Shown: positions 58,828-64,000 of the stretch, piece after piece
Position numbering within the stretch: the stretch's first letter is position 1
How the letters are laid out: every line of letters begins with the position of its first letter
Source of the DNA: an uncultured Gemmatimonadales bacterium
GTDB taxonomy: Bacteria; Gemmatimonadota; Gemmatimonadetes; Longimicrobiales; RSA9
Length of the DNA: 64,000 nt
Assembly (NCBI GenBank): GCA_963708135.1
Contig: OY970192.1
Location: forward strand, 2,752,001-2,816,000
Direction: 5' to 3'
Program-made: the position numbers and the translations under genes
Notes under the pieces: generated by a model
Databases searched by the model: none
Told to the model about the DNA's origin: nothing
Seen by the model: only the letters and a program-made list of their open reading frames with translations

Positions 58828-60618
58828 TCAGTAGCCGGCCACGCTGCTGTCCGGGTCGCGCGGGTCGGCGGCGCCGATGCGCGCGCCGGTGGCGGGGTCG
58901 ATCGCGATGCAGTCGGCCACGCCCTGCCGTCCGCCGACCTCGACGGCGTGCCCCATCCGCCGCAGCTCGGCCACGGTCGCGGCGGGGACGGCGCCGTCCT
59001 CGAGATGGATGACGTCCGGCAGCCACTGGTGGTGCATGCGCCCGGCGTCCACCGCCTGCTGGATCGGCATGCCGAAGTCTATGAGGTTCAGCATCACCTC
59101 GAGCACGGTGTTGATGATGGTGCGGCCGCCGGGGCTGCCGACCACGGCCACGAGCCTGCCGTCGCGGGCGATGATCGAGGGCGACATGCTGGACAGCATC
59201 CGCTGCTCGGGCCGGGCGAGGTTCGGATCGGTGCCGATGAGCCCGTCGGCCGTGGTCAGGCCCGGCTTGCCGTTGAAGTCGCCCATCTCGTTGTTCAAGA
59301 GGAAGCCCGCGCCGTCCACGGTGATCTTCGAGCCGTAACCCTGCTCGAGCGTGTAGGTCACGGACACCGCCATGCCCTCGGCGTCGACCACCGAGTAGTG
59401 CGTCGTCTCCAGGCTCTCGTGGTCCGCGGCGACGTCGGCCGGCTGCGACCGCGTCGCGTGCTCCGCGTCGATCGTCTTCCGCAGCTCCGCCGCGTACGCC
59501 TTGCTCGTCAGCCGCTCGATCGGGACCGTCGCGAAGTCCACGTCGCCGACGAGCGCCGCGCGGTCCCGGAACGCGCGCCGCATCGCCTCCGTCAGCAGGT
59601 GCAGGTAGCCCGCCGAATTCGCCCCGAGGGATTTCAGATCGTAGCCCTCGAGGATGTTCAGCATCTCCACGATTGCGATCCCGCCGCTCGACGGCGGCGG
59701 CATCGAGATGATGTCGTAGCCGCGGTAGGTGCCCCGGATCGGCGCGCGCTCCACGGCCTGGTAGCGGGCCAGGTCCTCCTCCGTGATCAGCCCTCCGTCG
59801 CGCCGCATCTCCGCCGTCACGAGCCGCGCCGTCTCGCCGCGATAGAAGCCGTCCCGCCCGCCGTGCTCGATCCGCTCCAGCGTGGCCGCGAGCGCAGGCT
59901 GCCGGAAGCGCTCCCCCGCGCCGTACGGCGCGCCGTCCCGCGAGAACGTGCGTACGCTGGCCGGATGGTCCTTCATGGCCCGGACCCCATACTCGAGCGA
60001 GCGCGCGAGCGACGACGTGAGCGGGAACCCATCGCGCGCCAGCTTCACCGCAGGCCGCACGAGCGCCGCCCACTTCGAGCGGCCGTACCTGCCGCTCGCC
60101 AGCGCGAACCCCGCCACCGTCCCGGGCACGCCCACCGACAGCGCGCTCCCGTGGTGGAGCCGGTACGAGTACTCGCCCGCCGAGTCCGTGAACATCGTCG
60201 GCCGCGCCGCCAGCGGCGCCTTCTCCCGGAAGTCGATCGTCGTCGCGCGCCCATCCGGTAAGCGGATCACCATGAACCCGCCGCCCCCGATGTTGCCCGC
60301 GCTCGGGTGCGTCACGGCCAGCGCGAACCCCGTCGCGACGGCCGCGTCCACCGCGTTGCCCCCGGCCCGCAGCACGTCCACGCCCACACGGCTGGCCAGC
60401 GGGTAAGCCGACACGACCATCCCGTGCGCCGCGCGCGTGCCTCCCGCTGCCGGACCTCCCACTGCCGGGCCCTGTCCCAACGCCGGCGCGCCGCCGGCGG
60501 CCAGGAGCGCACCCGTCAGGAGCAGCGTGCGCAGCGGGGCGGGGCGGACGGGGGCGGCACGGCCCACTGCACCATCGGCGGCGGAGCGCCGGCGGGACAC
60601 GGCGAGGATCTCCGGCAT
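58828..60618 (-). CDS. ggt: Gamma-glutamyltransferase
   Basis: GGNAVDAAVA, IDFREKAP, PPPSSGG, ETTHYSVVD, LNNEMGDF, LSSMSP, GSPGG; start uncertain. Confidence 0.95.
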   Translation of the reverse strand: MPEILAVSRRRSAADGAVGRAAPVRPAPLRTLLLTGALLAAGGAPALGQGPAVGGPAAGGTRAAHGMVVSAYPLASRVGVDVLRAGGNAVDAAVATGFALAVTHPSAGNIGGGGFMVIRLPDGRATTIDFREKAPLAARPTMFTDSAGEYSYRLHHGSALSVGVPGTVAGFALASGRYGRSKWAALVRPAVKLARDGFPLTSSLARSLEYGVRAMKDHPASVRTFSRDGAPYGAGERFRQPALAATLERIEHGGRDGFYRGETARLVTAEMRRDGGLITEEDLARYQAVERAPIRGTYRGYDIISMPPPSSGGIAIVEMLNILEGYDLKSLGANSAGYLHLLTEAMRRAFRDRAALVGDVDFATVPIERLTSKAYAAELRKTIDAEHATRSQPADVAADHESLETTHYSVVDAEGMAVSVTYTLEQGYGSKITVDGAGFLLNNEMGDFNGKPGLTTADGLIGTDPNLARPEQRMLSSMSPSIIARDGRLVAVVGSPGGRTIINTVLEVMLNLIDFGMPIQQAVDAGRMHHQWLPDVIHLEDGAVPAATVAELRRMGHAVEVGGRQGVADCIAIDPATGARIGAADPRDPDSSVAGY

Positions 60619-60850
60619 CGGAACCTGTCTCGAGGAGGGAAAGCGGCCGCCCGGCCGGCGGCTCGTTCCCCTAGTGTGCGCCGTCCGGCTCCTGCCGGCA
60701 ACCCCGTCGCCCTCGATCCTCCCGAGCCCCACATGCGTTCTGTACACGGCCTTGCATCCCCCGCCGCGAAGCGCGAGAGTAGGGCGATCCAGCCAAGCCG
60801 GCCTCCATCACGACGCGAAGCGGGGGGCCGCCGATCCGGAACAGGATGAG

Positions 60851-63136
60851 ATGACCGAGACTCCCGAGCGGAGCGCGGGGCGAGCGCGGCTGCTCGCGGC
60901 CGGCGCGCTGGCGCTGCTGGCGTGGGCGGCGGCGCCGCTCCGGGCGCAGGAGAACACGGCGGTGGATGGGGCGAAGTCCGCGCCGCCCGCGCACCTGGGG
61001 CGCTCGGCGCCGGTGGACCCGGAGCGAGCGCCGCGGCCGGAGGTGGTGGCGTCGCCCGCGGGTGCGGAGATGGTGGTCGACGGCCGGCTGGACGAGCCGG
61101 CGTGGGCGGCGGCCGCGCCGGTGGGCGGGTTCGTGCAGCAGTCGCCGCACACGGGCGATCCGGCCAGCGAGCCGACGGTGGTGCGGGTGCTGTACGGCCC
61201 GCACGCGCTCTACATCGGCGCCATCTGCTACCAGTCGTCGCGGCACGACATCATGATCGCGGGACTGGAGCACGATTTCGAGACGGGCGCGGGCGACCTC
61301 TTCGGGGTGACGCTCGACACGTTCCTTGACCGACGCAACTCGTTCCTGTTCCTCGTGAATCCGGGCGGGGCGGTGCACGACGAGCGCACCTTCGACGACA
61401 GCCGGAACGTGATCGGGGCGTGGGACGGGGTGGTGCGCACGAAGGTGACGGTGAGCGACAGCGCGTGGGTGGTGGAGATGGCGATCCCGCTGACGACGCT
61501 GCGTTTCGATCCGGGGCGGGCGAACCAGCGGTGGGGCATCCAGTTCCTGCGGCGGATCCGTCGGGCGAACGAGACGACGTACTGGGCGCCGCTGGACCGG
61601 CAGGACGTGATCCACCGGATGTCGAAGGCGGGCACGCTCGTGGGGCTGCAGGGACTCGTGCAGGGGCGGAACCTGAGGGTGAAGCCGTACGTGCTGGCGC
61701 GGACGTCGAGCGGCGGGGAGGTCCCGGCTGGCGCGGCGGGGCGGAGCGCCGCCGCGGGCGGCGACGTGAAGTACGGCCTGACGCCGGGAATGACGCTGGA
61801 TCTGAGCTACAACACGGACTTCTCGCAGGTCGAGCTGGACCAGGCGCAGGTGAACCTGACGCAGTACTCGCTCTTCTTCCCCGAGCGACGCGAGTTCTTC
61901 ATCGAGAACGCCGGTGACTTCGCCTTCGGCGACGTCTCCGAGCGCAGCTACCGGTTGGGCGCCTCGCCCCACGACTTCACCCTCTTCCACTCGCGGCGCA
62001 TCGGGCTGAACGACGACGGGCGGCCGCTGCCGATCCTCGGCGGCGGGCGCGTGAGCGGGCGGGCGGGGAGGTTCGGCCTCGGGTTCCTCGACATGCGGAC
62101 GCGCGCCAGCGCGGACGGGCCGGCGGAGAACTTCGCCGTGGCGCGCGTGCGGCGGGAGATCCTGGGCGGCTCGGACGTGGGGCTCATGCTGATCGACCGC
62201 GAGGCCACCGGCGAGGCGGCGGGCGGCTACAACCGGAGCTGGGGCGCGGACGCGAACCTGCGGCTGCTCGGCCACATGGTGGTGAACGGCTACGTGGCGG
62301 GGAGCGCGGCCCCCGGCACGCTCTCCGACGGAAGCGCGGAGAAGCTGGGCGTGGCGTGGCGGGACCGGCTGTGGGACGTCTCGAGCCTGGTGAAGCGGGT
62401 CGGCGAGCACTTCGATCCCGGCGTCGGCTTCATCCGCCGCACCGCGATGCGGCAGGTGTACGGCACCGTGGGCGCGCACCCTCGCCCGGCGGCTTCCTGG
62501 GTCCAGGAGCTGAACCCCTACGTCGAGATGGACTACATCACCGGCCTCGACGGCGGCCTCGAGACGCGCAGAGCGACGGCATCGCTCGGCGCCACCTTCA
62601 TGGATGCGTCCTACGCCAGCGTCTCGGTCCGCGACGAGCTCGAGCGCATCGACGAGCCCTTCGAGATCTTCCCCGGCGATACCGTGCCCGTCGGCGAGTT
62701 CACCTTCCGCACCGCGAGCGTCTCCTATTCCTCGAGCAGCGCACGCGCCCTCTCCGCCAGCATCGGCCTGCACGCCGGCGGACTCTACGGCGGCCGGCGC
62801 CGCTCCGCCTCCCTGTCCGCCACCTGGCGGCCGCGCTACAACGTCTATCTCCGCCTCTCAGGCGAGCGGAACGACGTGCACCTGCCGGGCTCCGCGTTCC
62901 GCGCCGACATCGCCGGGGCGACGCTCCGCTACGAGTGGTCCACCCGGCTGCTCGGCAGCGCCTTCGTGCAGTACGACGCCGCCTCCGCCCAGCTCGTCGA
63001 GAGCGCCCGCCTCGACTTCCGCCACGCTCCGCTGAGCGACATCTACCTCGTCTACACCGACCGCCGGGACACGCGCGCCAGCGCCCTGCTCGAGCGCTCC
63101 GTGGCCCTGAAGGTGACGAGGATGGTGGGGTTCTGA
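60851..63136 (+). CDS. CBM9-like + DUF5916 outer-membrane protein
   Basis: VDGRLDEPAW, EMAIPL..LRF, NTDFSQVE.D...VNLT.YSLFFPERREFF.E, FHSRRIG. Confidence 0.88.
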   Translation: MTETPERSAGRARLLAAGALALLAWAAAPLRAQENTAVDGAKSAPPAHLGRSAPVDPERAPRPEVVASPAGAEMVVDGRLDEPAWAAAAPVGGFVQQSPHTGDPASEPTVVRVLYGPHALYIGAICYQSSRHDIMIAGLEHDFETGAGDLFGVTLDTFLDRRNSFLFLVNPGGAVHDERTFDDSRNVIGAWDGVVRTKVTVSDSAWVVEMAIPLTTLRFDPGRANQRWGIQFLRRIRRANETTYWAPLDRQDVIHRMSKAGTLVGLQGLVQGRNLRVKPYVLARTSSGGEVPAGAAGRSAAAGGDVKYGLTPGMTLDLSYNTDFSQVELDQAQVNLTQYSLFFPERREFFIENAGDFAFGDVSERSYRLGASPHDFTLFHSRRIGLNDDGRPLPILGGGRVSGRAGRFGLGFLDMRTRASADGPAENFAVARVRREILGGSDVGLMLIDREATGEAAGGYNRSWGADANLRLLGHMVVNGYVAGSAAPGTLSDGSAEKLGVAWRDRLWDVSSLVKRVGEHFDPGVGFIRRTAMRQVYGTVGAHPRPAASWVQELNPYVEMDYITGLDGGLETRRATASLGATFMDASYASVSVRDELERIDEPFEIFPGDTVPVGEFTFRTASVSYSSSSARALSASIGLHAGGLYGGRRRSASLSATWRPRYNVYLRLSGERNDVHLPGSAFRADIAGATLRYEWSTRLLGSAFVQYDAASAQLVESARLDFRHAPLSDIYLVYTDRRDTRASALLERSVALKVTRMVGF

Positions 63137-63140
63137 GAGC

Positions 63141-64000
63141 CTACTTCATCCTTCCCGGCTCCAGCACCGTCACGGCCTCTGTCACCGCCTCCACGGCGGA
63201 GCGCGAGTACGCCACGGGGAAATAGCCGCCCGTCGCCCACATGCGAAACAGGTCGCTGTAGTGCGGACTGGCGGGATCGCCCGACTGTCCGGGCGCGTTG
63301 GTGCCGACGCTGCGGTCCCAGTCGGCGACGTCCGCGATGATGCGGAACGAGGCGCCCGACGTCTGGTTCTCGCCGTTGCTGGTGGCGTTGACCGTGTAGC
63401 CGTAGCCGGGGCGCGGCAGCGGTCCGACGTCGAGGCGCGCGCGCGTGGCGCTGTCCACGGCGTGCGTCATCGGGTGGTGCAGCAGGGCGTGGTGATAGCG
63501 GCCGTAACGCCACGCGTCGAGGTCGCCGCCGTACCGCCTGGTCACCGCCGCGACGGCCTCGGAGAGCGCGTTCACGAGCAGGGTGTCGCGCGCCGCGGCC
63601 GGCGCGGCGCCGAGCTCCGGTCCGGGATTTCGCAGGTGCTCGATGACGCGCGTCATCGACACGTAGGGGACGAGCGCGCGGGCGGCGGGGGGAACGAGGG
63701 CGTCGCGCACGTGCGCGGCGAGGCGTCGCTCCCACAGGGCGTAGATGGTGGCGGCGACGGACGTGGTGTCCATCCGGTCGTCCCAGGCCAGGAGACGGCG
63801 GGCGGCCGCGGCCACGCGCGGGTCGGCGGGACGCACGCCGGCGAGCAGCGGGACGAGCCGGCGGGCGGGCACGGAGACCACGTCCTGCTGCAGCCGCTCC
63901 ATGTCCTCCAGGGTGAAGCGGCGGCCGGCGCCGAGCACCTCATCGATGCGGTCCACGCGGAACGGATCGGCCCAGGAGTGGCCCACCGCGTCCATGTGGG
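63141..64000 (-). CDS. Penicillin acylase family protein, 5'-partial
   Basis: GASFRII.D..DWD......PGQSG.P.SPHY.D...W; ORF runs off the window end. Confidence 0.88.
   Translation of the reverse strand, partial: HMDAVGHSWADPFRVDRIDEVLGAGRRFTLEDMERLQQDVVSVPARRLVPLLAGVRPADPRVAAAARRLLAWDDRMDTTSVAATIYALWERRLAAHVRDALVPPAARALVPYVSMTRVIEHLRNPGPELGAAPAAARDTLLVNALSEAVAAVTRRYGGDLDAWRYGRYHHALLHHPMTHAVDSATRARLDVGPLPRPGYGYTVNATSNGENQTSGASFRIIADVADWDRSVGTNAPGQSGDPASPHYSDLFRMWATGGYFPVAYSRSAVEAVTEAVTVLEPGRMK

Noticed and set aside
55362..59012. Long antisense ORFs (also 13551-16007, 17760-20261, 52397-54553, 60671-62773)
   Set aside because: Shadow frames of real genes, expected at this GC content; no recognisable motifs.

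Overview
Very GC-rich bacterial DNA. The gene content (ADOP orphan permeases with PadR, TolB-N/TPR protein, DUF5916, PD40-amidohydrolase) suggests Gemmatimonadota or a similar lineage; this is an inference. About 1-25.1 kb and 43.8-64 kb are ordinary chromosomal genes: BNR hydrolase, msrA, two ADOP permeases, class V aminotransferase, OmpA, MFS, hybrid kinase, ABC exporter, SDR, two convergent VapBC-type modules, sdaAB/sdaAA, cyclophilin, amidohydrolase, ggt and penicillin acylase. Between about 25,140 and 43,550 lies an accessory polymorphic-toxin island. It holds an AraC-type regulator, a signal-peptide/Ig-repeat protein ending in a 2-TM SLATT-like domain, and a divergent signal-peptide Rhs toxin; the last two share a four-box palindromic operator. 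It also has further Rhs toxin-tip/immunity cassettes, an intact IS256 with 9-bp TSD, IS21 debris, a disrupted XRE gene, a decayed Phd-ParE pair and an internally deleted IS110 that keeps its non-coding left end. The island's left edge is an orphan Rhs toxin tip joined at the YTDPFGL motif to a look-alike site in a DUF4235 gene. Outside the island are two copies of a ~230-bp element built from alternating GTCAACTCCCCA/TGGGGAGTTGAC boxes, and two genes whose 3' ends are duplicated just downstream. Several single-base frameshifts in G/C runs look like consensus errors. No rRNA, tRNA or CRISPR array was recognised. All family calls are by eye from motifs; no database search was run.
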